From Tubiluchus corallicola (taxonomy: Eukaryota > Animalia > Priapulida), in assembly GCA_030141605.1 (NCBI GenBank), contig JAQGDQ010001336.1, positions 1 through 46,396 of the forward strand: 46,396 nt of DNA, in the 5' to 3' direction. Below the pieces are notes generated by a model, which made no database searches, had not been told where the DNA came from, and saw only the letters and a program-made list of their open reading frames with translations. This document shows, piece after piece, positions 1 through 10,309 of this stretch. The position numbers and the translations under genes are program-made. Position 1 is the first letter of the stretch. Every line of letters begins with the position of its first letter.

Positions 1-60
1 TCTGAAAATTTTTAAAACTTCGCTCGGAATGCATTTTACGTAGTTTTCTTCTTCAAGTTG

Positions 61-632
61 TTAGCCTTCATGAAGCCTTCTTGAAGCCTTCTTCTCTAGA
101 TGCACTTGGGCAACTCTTGTCTGGCGCGTCCTAGTCGCGGGGGTGGATGCTGCGGGAGCAGTAACTAAGTTCAGGCAAGGACCCAGTGGTGCGGGGTATA
201 GCGCGCCCCCCTTGGTCAGGGATACGACTGAAGTCCTCAACAGTTTGACAGGCGGATGAGGAATCTTCCACTCCCAACGGCTGTAAAAGCGGATGAAGGC
301 ACCCAAGCACAAGGGCAGCAGCTTGTGTGGATGATGGTTCATGGCGTGCAAGGCTGGCAACACGTCTTCTGGCATGGCATGGCTCATCGAGAAGCTAGCA
401 GTTCACTTTGCCGATTCGGCCTGTTTTCTGGTTGTCTTCACTGAGGTGCAACAGATTATGAGTGCGGCCGTCGTGTCTCTTCATGCCGCCGATCTACACT
501 CTATCTGCCAAGTGGAGATGGACTTTGCGCGGCCATCTCTTCTCGCGCGCAAGCGTCTCAGTGCTATTTCTTTCTCCATGGTTATGGACATCTGACTCGC
601 GCTGATTTAGCCGCATCGGCTTCGACGTTGTA
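61..632 (+). mobile_element. Non-autonomous ribozyme-headed retroelement (probably RTE-derived, SINE-like)
   Basis: GC-rich island in AT-rich DNA, flanked by direct repeats CTTCTTCAAGTTG (48-60) and CTTCTTGAAGTTG (633-645), 12/13 identical. It begins with the HDV-like fold and has no credible long ORF. The RTE assignment is an inference. Confidence 0.6.
86..180 (+). ncRNA. HDV-like self-cleaving ribozyme (predicted)
   Basis: All elements occur in canonical order: P1 GCCTTC(86-91)/GGGGGT(139-144) with a G-U wobble at the cleavage site; P2 CTTGTCTGGC(116-125)/GTTCAGGCAAG(169-179); P3 GCG(126-128)/CGC(136-138); L3 TCCTAGT(129-135) with the U...G pair; P1.1 CC(130-131)/GG(145-146); P4 TGCT(148-151)/AGCA(157-160); J4/2 CTAA(165-168) carrying the putative catalytic C165. 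Confidence 0.8.
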
Positions 633-659
633 CTTCTTGAAGTTGGAGAAGTAGTACTA

Positions 660-729
660 GGTGGGGGGTAATGGACACGACCGGGTTTCCCGATTTGGGT
701 AACGGTCCGAGAAAGTTTGGGAACCACTG
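660..729. mobile_element. hAT (Charlie/Buster-like) MITE end fragment
   Basis: AAAGTTTGGGAACCACTG (712-729) is the reverse complement of the CAGTGGTTCCCAAACTTT terminus. It is followed by AGCTAGAG (nnnTAnnn-type target). No partner TIR was found. Confidence 0.45.
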
Positions 730-968
730 AGCTAGAGTAATGCTTGTTCAACAAAGAGTTCAGAGCAGTTTCTATTCTGCGAGTGAAGTAACGCAAAAAC
801 AACTTTGTAGCAAATTTCATGCGGATTCATTCAGACGAAATGATTTAAGCTGCATACTCACTTTGGCACGTGATTGCAAATGCTTGTTGGTCCGTTCATT
901 GGATAAGAATTCAGGTGGTCTGAAATGGACAAGAACAAAAAATGAACAATTGTTCGCATTTTGATTTG

Positions 969-1273
969 TGTTGTGTTTTGTTCCTCTTGGAAGGCTCGTA
1001 GAGAAAACCAGAAAACACACGTCACCAAATTAAACTAGTTTATTAAACGAGAATTCTACAACACAAAAGTATGAAGGAACGCGAAATGTTTACATTAAAC
1101 ATGAACGTCTGGAAAACGTTTGTGTGTATCTGAAAATGCAAGTGTACAAGAGAATGTGTAAGTGTGAATCAGCGTGTGTCTCGCAGCGGCCTGGTTCACC
1201 TTATATAGCGTGCCAGGGAACATTCTAGACGTTTCTTTCTAGAACATTCTACACGGTAAGATGATTATTCTAA
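969..1273 (-). mobile_element. 5'-truncated LTR, same family as the solo LTR at 43370-43742
   Basis: The reverse complement aligns with 43430-43742 (TTAGAATAATC..GCTATATAAG..AATAAACTAGTTTAATTTG..GTTTTCTGGTTTTCTCTACGAGCCTTCC..CACAACA). Confidence 0.85.
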
Positions 1274-1277
1274 TTGT

Positions 1278-1560
1278 CAAAAGTGAAAACTTATACACCA
1301 GAAGAAAAGAAATTTCTTGGAGTTGAAAAGTCAAGATCCGGAGATTAAGATGGCTAGGACATCTTCTAAGTTTACCAAATGAAGCACCAGTAAGAATTGC
1401 CTTAAAGGAAGCCTTAAAACCTTGCAAAGACCACCTAGCAAACTAAAAACAACTTGAATAGCTAAGATAAATAAAAATCTTCAATCAAATCTACCTTCAG
1501 GAATAAAAGAACTTGCTGTTACCTGCAGAAAGGAGTGGGTGGAATACTCTAAAAATGATA
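1278..1560 (+). mobile_element. Degenerate 3' fragment of an RTE-clade LINE
   Basis: Translates as SENLYTRRKEISWS*KVKIRRLRWLGHLLSLPNEAPVRIALKEALKP. It is homologous to the C-terminal part of the RTE at 16398-17130 and has stops and frameshifts. Confidence 0.8.
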
Positions 1561-2363
1561 AAGCCTCAATATCAACAATAGATGTAATGGGATCTTGAAG
1601 GGTGCCACATGTTAGCATGGCACAGTGTAATTCATCACTCTTGAATGTTATTGTATCATTTAATGATCGCTTTCTGTTGGCACAAGTGTTTGTGGTGTGT
1701 TACACAACAGTAGGCATTCACTGCAACTGTTTGTGGTCTGTTAGACAACAGCTAACATTCACCGTAACTATTTATGGTATGCTAACTGCAATTCTTGAGC
1801 CATTAGTCGTTCTAAGTGATTTGATAAAGGAAGACCGGACCCAAACCTCGCATAGTTTAGATATATGCGAGCTTGCAAAACAAAATCATCTACAAGTCGA
1901 TACAGTTAAAACTACGTTATGATGCTTCGAAGTAGAATGCACCAAGCATTTGGTCAAATGTCATTTTTTTGTTTTTTATAAATGCTAGATATATTTGACT
2001 TTTATATTCTAGTATCAAATTATCAAGAAAATGTTCAAAAAATACTAAAAATCTAATTTTTTAACCCTTTACCCACTTTTCTGACTAGAAACTAGTAATG
2101 CCATTATAAAAAACTTGTATTTTCAAATTCCCGATTGTAGCTCGTGGAAACAGCCATTTTGCTTCGGGTTTTTTCTGTTGTCCAAATCTTCGTCAAGAAG
2201 AGCCATCTACTGGATATAAATATAACTTCAATTTGCTCTTGTAAAATCCATAGCAACCACACTTTTGGGCGGTTGCTAAGTGTTTTGAAGAAACGCGACA
2301 AAAAACAATGCCTAACTTTAACAGCGATTTTCTCAAGATTATGTTTTTCAGTGTGTAGCCTGC

Positions 2364-2957
2364 ACCTCAACTTCAACGTGGATTATCTCAGCTTAGAAAT
2401 AACATAGAGCAATAAACTTGGTACCAAAATGATCCTCATGAAATGGAGATTCAGGATATGTGAATAACTAGAAAAGCTTAATTGCTAACTCACGTTTTTG
2501 CTAAGCAAGCACACACAAACGGACCTCAACTTCAACGTGTATTATCTCAGCTTAGAAATAACATAGAGTGATGAACTTGGTATCAAAATGATCCTCATGA
2601 AATGGAGATTCAGGATATGTGAATAACTAGAAAAGCTTAATTGCTAACTCACGTTTTTGCTAAGCAAGCACACACAAACGGACCTCAACTTCAACGTGTA
2701 TTATCTCAGCTTAGAAATAACATAGAGTGATGAACTTGGTATCAAAATGATCCTCATGAAATGGAGATTCAGGATATGTGAATAACTAGAAAAGCTTAAT
2801 TGCTAACTCATGTTTTTGCTATGCAAGCACACAAACGGACCTCAAGTTCAACGTGTATTATCTCAGCTTAGAAATAACATAGAGTGATGAACTTGGTATC
2901 AAAAATGATCCTCATGAAATGGAGATTCAGGATATGTGAATAACTAGTAAAGCTTAA
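2364..2957. repeat. ~159-bp tandem repeat, ~3.7 copies
   Basis: The unit ACCTCAACTTCAACGTGTATTATCTCAGCTTAGAAATAAC... restarts near 2364, 2523, 2682 and 2838. Confidence 0.95.
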
Positions 2958-3142
2958 GGCCGACTTATGGACGATTTTGCTTTGCAAGCGCACACATTTA
3001 TAAAAACAGTTTTTAGCGCAATTCTTAAGAGTGATTATTCTTTACTTGTAAAGCGACAGCATGAGGTGCTTACACAGTTCATTTAAATGCATGAAAACAA
3101 TGCTAAATTGAGTTTGAAAAATTTTGGCCTTTTAAAAAAAGT

Positions 3143-3210
3143 CCTAAAAGGGTTTTGAACCCATGATTTCCTGCTTTCCGGGCAGCTGTGCTAACCATTG
3201 CATCACAGAA
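3143..3210 (-). mobile_element. Degenerate tRNA-derived SINE head / tRNA pseudogene
   Basis: The minus strand reads TGTGATGCAATGGTTAGCAC...GGGTTCAAAACCC (A-box-like and B-box-like). No intact cloverleaf. Confidence 0.45.
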
Positions 3211-3582
3211 ATTTTATTCTGGTTCACCCAACAGAGTTTCTTTGGTTTAACAGGCCATGTAAACAATTTTGCAATGCTGTATTTACAAATCAATAACAAA
3301 AATGACCATTTGTTCAATTGACCAGTCAGCAAAATGCTCTTTATATTAACAGAATGAGTTTTCAGTTGTGAAATTAATTTCCGCCTTTTGCTGATTTAAA
3401 TTAAACTGACCAGTTTTCCTTCCTCCTCATTAACATCAGCTCTGTCTGTTTCCTAAAATTTCTATTTAGTTACTTACTTATTAAAATTGTTTTTTTACTT
3501 GCCGCTTTCTGTGGAGTACAGCAGTAGAATTAGTAAAGGTAAACTGGCTTTTCACTGTTTAGACTTTTGTGCATTTCGTTAA

Positions 3583-4114
3583 AGGAAGACCGGATGATTG
3601 TTTAGACTCAATCTCATTCTCATTTACTGTCCAAAATACACATTTTCTTGGCTACAAAAGTTAGTAATTATTCCTTGAACAATTAGCTTAGAAAGTTAAT
3701 TAACGGCAACTGAACACAGCTATTGCTAACGTCAGAAACTAACCACAGTTTGTGCAATGGCAGGCACCTCCCTTGTGCGTCAAGCACGTTTGTGTGTTAC
3801 TGCTTAAACGCATGACATCACGAAAATGGCATCTACGTCATATGATGTCACAAACTAACACTGCAGTCCATGATCATGGTTATCACGGTACCACCTTCTA
3901 TTTGTCGGCCACGCGAATGTGAGAAAAAGGCGCCATTGCCAATCTTAGTAGATTCACTGAGCCGCGCGTAGCTTTGAAAGTTTAACGAAATTTGAGTGTC
4001 CAAGATAATTATTTTTTAATCAAAGACTTGATTTAAAATAAGCTGTTGTAGTTTTTAAAATTTTAGAGCACTCTTTATTCTGAACTAATACTTAAACAAT
4101 CATCTGGTTTTCTA
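3583..4114. mobile_element. Kolobok-like MITE family A (TTAA TSD)
   Basis: TTAA|AGGAAGACCGGATGATTGTTTA ... TAAACAATCATCTGGTTTTCTA|TTAA. Partial copies lie at 14350-14541 and 35011-35160. TTAA targets with purine-starting TIRs are characteristic of Kolobok. Confidence 0.75.
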
Positions 4115-4266
4115 TTAAATTCTGGCTTTAATGTTTTACTGTAGCTTATAATATTTTTGCTTATAATACGTTACTGGCTTCTACTGTGAGATTACAAATT
4201 GTATGTCATTTTTTGTGTGATCACCTTGTATTCGGTTTATAAACGTTTTTTTTCAATTTTTTCTAG

Positions 4267-4324
4267 ACAAAACGGTAAGAATTTCGGAGGACGAGGTATA
4301 AGCATGAGGCAACTAAAATCCAAG
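4267..4324 (+). CDS. Internal coding exon of unidentified gene (xQNGKNFGGRGISMRQLKSK)
   Basis: Polypyrimidine tract plus TAG acceptor (4264-4266) and donor AAG|GTATTG. The frame is open and its phase-0 end matches the phase-0 start of the exon at 5222. Confidence 0.7.
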
Positions 4325-4601
4325 GTATTGAATTTGTTACTGGCTTAATTGTTTCTTTGTTTGTTTGTTTGTCTGTTTGCTTGTTACTCTATCAGTTTCA
4401 CAACTTGTGCATGTATGTCTGTTTGCAAGCCTGGCTGCTAACATTACTGCCAGTTGTTGTGTCTGTCTTCCTGTTTGTGTGCTTGTTTCTTTGATCGGTT
4501 GTCTGGGAAGAGTTGACTTGCACGCTGGTCGATTGGCTGCTTAGTCTGCTGGCTTATGAATTTGCTCAATTAGATACTTGTTTTTGAAAAGGTGTTTACA
4601 G

Positions 4602-4978
4602 TAGGGGTGAGCATCGAACGTTCGAATTCGATTCAAACGAGTTTTTTTAGTTCGAACTCGATTCGAATCCAAAACTATAGATTCGAATAATTCAGCACTT
4701 CAATCACATATGTTCCTGATCACTAAAACGATTGAAACAACATGCATTTAGCGTAATTTAGCAGTGATTTCTGTGCACAATTTTAAACAAGATAGTTTTA
4801 TTGCAGAGTAATATGCATGATTTTTGCAAGACTAATTTTTACTGGTGGTTCGAAAACTTGTTCGAAAATCGTTCAATCTCAAGTACTCTCAACACTGAAG
4901 TTCGGTTCGATTCGAATTCGAAAGTCACAAATTCGGTTCGATGCGAATTCGCTTTCTGGTAGAGAATGCTCACCTCTA
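4602..4978. mobile_element. hAT-like MITE with TTCGA-rich subterminal repeats
   Basis: TIRs TAGGGGTGAGCAT / ATGCTCACCTCTA, many TTCGA(A) motifs at both ends, and a degenerate TSD GTTTACAG / GTTTTGCAG. Confidence 0.75.
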
Positions 4979-5221
4979 GTTTTGCAGGTGTGACAGATGT
5001 GTGTGTGTGGGTACGTTGGTCTGTTTTTCTATAGTTAGCTGGTTAACTGGACGGTTTGCTGGTTAGCTGGTTAAATGGTTGGATAGTTGCTTGGCTGATT
5101 GGCTGACTAGCTGCTAGTAGGATGGTTGATCTGACTGCCTGGTGCCCCAGCCATTGCAGGTAGATGGTGGCTAGTTAATTCTATGTTTTGCTAGTCGGTA
5201 AAAACGCTTTATTTTTTGTAG

Positions 5222-6679
5222 GTAATTGCACTGAGGTACAGCATCCGTTTGGGAAAAGCTCGGCGTGACGTCGGTGGTTCTCTGGACCGAAGACACGCAG
5301 AATGGGAGCGATATCGACAAATTCCACGGCATCCGCACTATCGAGTCGACCGAACCAGACCAATCGGAGCCATTCGCCGGTCGTCAAACGGCAAGTTTGT
5401 GCTCGAGGTCGAGAGCGATTGCGATAGCGGCGGTTTTAAAGTCTCTTCGAAGGTCTCGCCTGTTGTTGGACGCAGGTCGTGTTCATCTAGGTCCGTGAAG
5501 CCATACGTGCCGTTACAGAGTGACGTGATAAACAGTCGTAATGACTTTCTGGTGAAGGACAGTGAAAAACAAAGCTGCGGCGCTTACAATGTCCGCCGCC
5601 AAGATATAAGTTACAGCAAAATGCGTTCCAGTAGGAGCGATGGACATTATCGCAAAGATAACAGCATGAATTATAGTGGACAAGGGTCAGACATGCGAGA
5701 AGGACCATCAGCTACATCCACCCCTTCCTCCTACGTGCCCGATTTCCGCAGTGTTCACGAAGCTGCTCTTCCCCGGCCTAGATCTACGGGTCCCGTGCGT
5801 ATTGTTTATAGAGAACCGGACGCGGTCGATAGCTGCATTGCCAAGATAAAACACGCACCACCGAAAAAACCGCAGAGGTCACGGTTAGATACTGTGTCTC
5901 AAAATTATGATAACTGTGCTTTTAGTGACACTAACAGTTGTGATACCGACTTTTCGTCCCCAAATTTGCAAAAACTTACAGAAGATGGGGCTGTAAGTGC
6001 CAGCATTCCGTTTTGCAGTACAAGACAAACATCCTTGAATAAAAAAGCGCAAAAATTTCCTAAAACGCAAATTGTGCACGCAAGAAAGGAACTTGGTAAA
6101 ACGTCAAAAGATGCGGAAACCATCATCACAAGTAACGAACCACAAAATTATCTCAGTAACCGTAATGTGAGGCTGAACTCTTACTTACAGGATCCTCATA
6201 GTTTGATGGAGCCACGTAGAAGCAAGAGTTTAACGTCCGCTACATCTGGATTCGTCGGGTCCCAGTCGGCACAGCTGTCTAGCAATCAAGACGATGCACC
6301 GTTGCCAGACTGCGGCAGACATTACAGTCCGTCGCCTAACGACAGTAAGAGCAGTAGCGGAGTAAGCAGCGGTCCTACGTGGCAAGCGTCGCCGGACGCG
6401 GAGCGGTCTCCGGAGATCCCAAGTTCACGGGATTCGATCGACATCGGGAACAACGAGCAGGGCGCGACCGTCGTTGCATCGCCGTCCGTTGACGATCAGT
6501 ACGAGTTCGACGCCCGCGTTTCCTCGCTGGACGAGTTGAATTCTTATCCACAGGACCTGTTGCCCAAACGCCGACATCAGGAATACAGCAACGCAGACGA
6601 GAGATGTGCTGCTCTGAAAGAGGAGTATCATCAGTATCGCCAACAGCAGATGCTGAGGCAGCAGGAGGTGATGTTGTGA
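5222..6679 (+). CDS. Large terminal coding exon (~485 aa) of an unidentified, Ser/Pro/Arg-rich, probably disordered protein with a C-terminal helical segment
   Basis: Acceptor TTATTTTTTGTAG at 5209-5221 is in frame with the 476-aa ORF (whose listed start is only a TTG). About 1.46 kb is uninterrupted and GC-elevated, ending ...ADERCAALKEEYHQYRQQQMLRQQEVML*. An AU-rich region with AATAAA at 9515-9520 may be the end of the 3' UTR. Confidence 0.85.
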   Translation, partial: VIALRYSIRLGKARRDVGGSLDRRHAEWERYRQIPRHPHYRVDRTRPIGAIRRSSNGKFVLEVESDCDSGGFKVSSKVSPVVGRRSCSSRSVKPYVPLQSDVINSRNDFLVKDSEKQSCGAYNVRRQDISYSKMRSSRSDGHYRKDNSMNYSGQGSDMREGPSATSTPSSYVPDFRSVHEAALPRPRSTGPVRIVYREPDAVDSCIAKIKHAPPKKPQRSRLDTVSQNYDNCAFSDTNSCDTDFSSPNLQKLTEDGAVSASIPFCSTRQTSLNKKAQKFPKTQIVHARKELGKTSKDAETIITSNEPQNYLSNRNVRLNSYLQDPHSLMEPRRSKSLTSATSGFVGSQSAQLSSNQDDAPLPDCGRHYSPSPNDSKSSSGVSSGPTWQASPDAERSPEIPSSRDSIDIGNNEQGATVVASPSVDDQYEFDARVSSLDELNSYPQDLLPKRRHQEYSNADERCAALKEEYHQYRQQQMLRQQEVML

Positions 6680-8387
6680 AACTGGACTCTTTTAGGTGAT
6701 GATTCATTAGACCAAAGACCGGTAGAACAAGAATGATATCATCAAATCCCACTGGCATTACCGGGCAACCGATCGGGGTCAGTTGGAGGTATCCAATACG
6801 CTAATGAGGCATGTGGACCAAAATGCGAGAAAGAATTGTGGCCTTCACAGTTTGAGGCGGGAGCAATGGTCACAATGATGTTAAGATATCGAATCCAGAT
6901 ATTGCTCAAATGCCTTTGCGAGAGTGGTTATTGGGTCGAGAGAAGTAAAAATCCTGAACGTCAAGGGGTAGAGCATGTGCCATAGTCACTGATTACCGCT
7001 GTCATTGGCAAAGTAATTAAGCCTACGAGAATTGATATTCTCCAATTCTTGATTTAATAACAATGCCAAATCATGGCCTACGGAAAGCATAATCCTGAGA
7101 ATGGCAAACTCACTGATTGAAAATTCAAAGAGCCCTGTGTGTCGTCCAGGAAAATCGTTTCCTCAAACAATGGCGGCTCGTGTATATGTACTGCGGAACT
7201 GCAGCACACCTGATTTTCACTCAATATTATCTATAATATTCAATATCAGTCTTTTTTCTTTGGTTCTTTCTTTGTACTTGTACGGAACTAGAGCACGTGA
7301 GGGTAGTACTGTTTGCTTCACAGCCCAGCACAGTGGTGTTTAGCTGCTGTGAGCATGCGGCCATGTGCATGTGTCTGGGATACATGCAGTATGCTGCACT
7401 GCTAGCATCTGCTGCTAGGTAGATAAAGTACTGTCTCTCATGCAGTTTGTTGTCAGTTGTCACGTATTTAAAAACCGTATACTGGCATATTCTTGAACTG
7501 CGGCTAATTAGGCTATTCGCAAACAATATTATTTCTTTAGGATTTTATCAAGTTTATGCCTAAATTTTCGTACGTTTGTTCATTTAAAATTACAATTTCA
7601 CATTGCAACATTAAAATTTCGTATGTTTGTTTCGTTTTACACAGTATTAAAACAATGGCTAAAAGATTTTCTGAAGCAGCACCTCCAGTAATTTTAATTA
7701 CGAGCCGCCACTGTTCAGGTAGCCCACTTTCTCCTCATTCTAAAGAACAATAAATACCACCCCCACCCCCCAAAAACACCACTGAGATGCTGTGTGTTCT
7801 GGCAGTATGCAAAAACGGTCATTTTTGAAGATTTCCACCTGGCATGCCACCGTGTTAAAAGCATCCCAAAGGTGCTCAAGAAATTAATAGCTTTTTGGCA
7901 ACATGGCTGCATGGTGATGTGGGTCTGTCTACAAATGCTTCCACCAGGATGAAGAGCTACAGGTTAGTTTGTAGGAACTTTTTTCTGGACGGCACTGTAC
8001 AATATACAATGAACTCATTAAATCCAACGTAGCACCAGAATTTCGGGTTTATATTTTCCGATTCTGCACATTGGATACATGCAATTTGCTTCTAAACAAA
8101 ACACGTTCGTTACACAGATTATGCTAATGAAGCAGTTTTGTGATTTTTGTTAAACATATCAGAATTTTTGTCGCTAAGACTTTTGCTTGAAATGATAGTT
8201 AAAAGAATTCTGATAGCCTGACCGATGACTTGTAAAGTTTGACTGAATAAGAAGGAAGGTTTCTATGGGGTCTTCTCTTTATCTAGTACAATGCACACTG
8301 GCGTGTATATTTGTTGCTATCTTTACTTTTCAACACATTTAGCCCATTGAAATGCATAAAAATAATTTATAACGAGGCTTAAAGCAA

Positions 8388-8786
8388 TAAGCCTTTTCAC
8401 TGATCCGTTGTGCACGCGCGCAGTTGCTGTAGGTCAAAGGTTAAGAGTGCCACAGCAACGCATCTTAACTACAGCGATCATGCGACATGTAGGTAAAGCA
8501 AATCCGTCTGTTGCATCATCTCAGTAACTTCAGTCGTTTTACTTGGACTTTATGCTTAATTCTGCATTAGTTTGTGCAGAAGAGTGGTTTACTAGCAGGA
8601 TCTTGCTTGGAACCAAGAAAGAATGAACTAGGTAAGGTTTTAGCTAGCTGTTAAAACTGTTAGTAGTACAACAATATGGGCTGCGAGGCGTTGTCAAGTG
8701 TATGCTAATGCGTTGTATGGTACACTTAACCTTTGACCTTTTCATGATCGCAATCAGTCTCTGGAACTATCTAATAAAAAGGCCTA
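8388..8786. mobile_element. MITE family C (~400 bp)
   Basis: Termini TAAGCCTTTTCAC / AAAAAGGCCTA and a subterminal inverted pair AGGTCAAAGGTTAAG / CTTAACCTTTGACCT. Other copies at 17806-18175 and 21365-21530. Confidence 0.8.
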
Positions 8787-9663
8787 CACACATGTGGTAT
8801 GGGTGGTGTGCGCGGCAGCAATCCTGGTGTCATAAATCTGCGGCAGCCATTTGTTAAAGCCCATACAAATAGATATTGTGCCGTCGCACACTTTGCACAA
8901 TTATCGAATTGTCACATTTCATTGCCATACATGTCAGTCAGATGTGAACACGCCCTTCGACTGTCAGCCATTGTCAAAGTGTATAAACTGCATTAGAAGC
9001 AACTTTGTCTAGAACTGAGGACACTTTTACATTTTTTATGGACACAAACAAGTCTTGTATCATCACTGAAGTTTATATACTATTAGAAATGTAAACTATC
9101 TGACACTGATTGACTTAATTTATTGATTATTCTGATTTATAATTATAAGCTCCTGGCATTGTGCCTATGTTGTTCCGATATGACAATGAAACATTTTATG
9201 ATCTGTAATCATTTTTGTATAAATTGTAAATATTGTTAAAATGTGACTAATTAATATATAATATACGTTATTGTAAAGCAATTATGTACAAATGCTTTGT
9301 CAAGATGACTGTTATTGTGAAAACTACGGACCTTGCTTTGCCTAACCAGTTAGTTAACTTGCTGTGAGATTTAGAATCATGGCTTGCTAGCAGTTTTATA
9401 CGATGCTTGTAGTTCAGTGTTCTTATTTATTCTTGCTTCGCGATTTGTCCTTACACTTGACATCGAATCATGTTGTATAAACAAATTTTATAGTAAAAAT
9501 TATATTTTTATTAAAATAAATTTCAATCGATTTAAATTAAGTGCATTACACATTTTATTTCTTCGCAGAATTAGAAAGTTGACGCTCTACGATATATTAA
9601 TATTGCTGATTTCGTGTGGCCACTGTTGTGCCAGCTTTCAACCTTGGTATAGATTCACTACAG

Positions 9664-9931
9664 TTCTAAGTGACTTGCCCAGTCCACACTGAGTTTCAGT
9701 CTTAATATAAACTCATCACAATCCTAGTTGACTTGCCCAGTCCACACTGAGTTTCAGTCTTAATATAAACTCATCACAATTCTAATGGACTTGCCCAGTC
9801 CACACTGAGTTTCAGTCTTAATATAAACTCATCACAATCCTAATGGACTTGCCCAGTCCACATTGAGTTTCAGTCTTAATATAAACTCATCACAATTCTA
9901 ATTGACTTGCCCGGTCCACGCTGAGTTTCAG
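9664..9931. repeat. 58-bp tandem repeat, ~4.5 copies
   Basis: GACTTGCCCAGTCCACACTGAGTTTCAG... starts at 9672, 9730, 9788, 9846 and 9904. Confidence 0.95.
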
Positions 9932-10309
9932 TTTTCTCCAGCTGAAAAAACTGGTAATGTTATGCCATAATATGAATCACAACTTTTCATTTTGATCAAC
10001 AGTAGTATTGTGGATAAATTAAAGGTAAAATTCAAATAAACAAACTTAGCAAGTGCCTTAATCACAAATGGGATAATAATCTAAAATGACCGGGTTCAAG
10101 GCCTTCAGTATCAGGCTATAATTGTTGCATAAATTTGAGAAATAAACCAATTGAGCAGAAAGTTTAAAAGAACTAGGAATATCCAAAGGTCAAAGTACTA
10201 TTAAGACCTGTTGCATGAAAACCCAAAGATTGCCAATAAATACTTTATGAAATCTGATCTGTTAAAGTAAGCAAAATGACAAACTCCAATTTAAAAAATG
10301 CCAAATTGT

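Noticed and set aside
61-820. Short overlapping ORFs at the window start
   Set aside because: No recognisable domain. They are better explained as incidental ORFs in a GC-rich non-coding retroelement and a MITE end.
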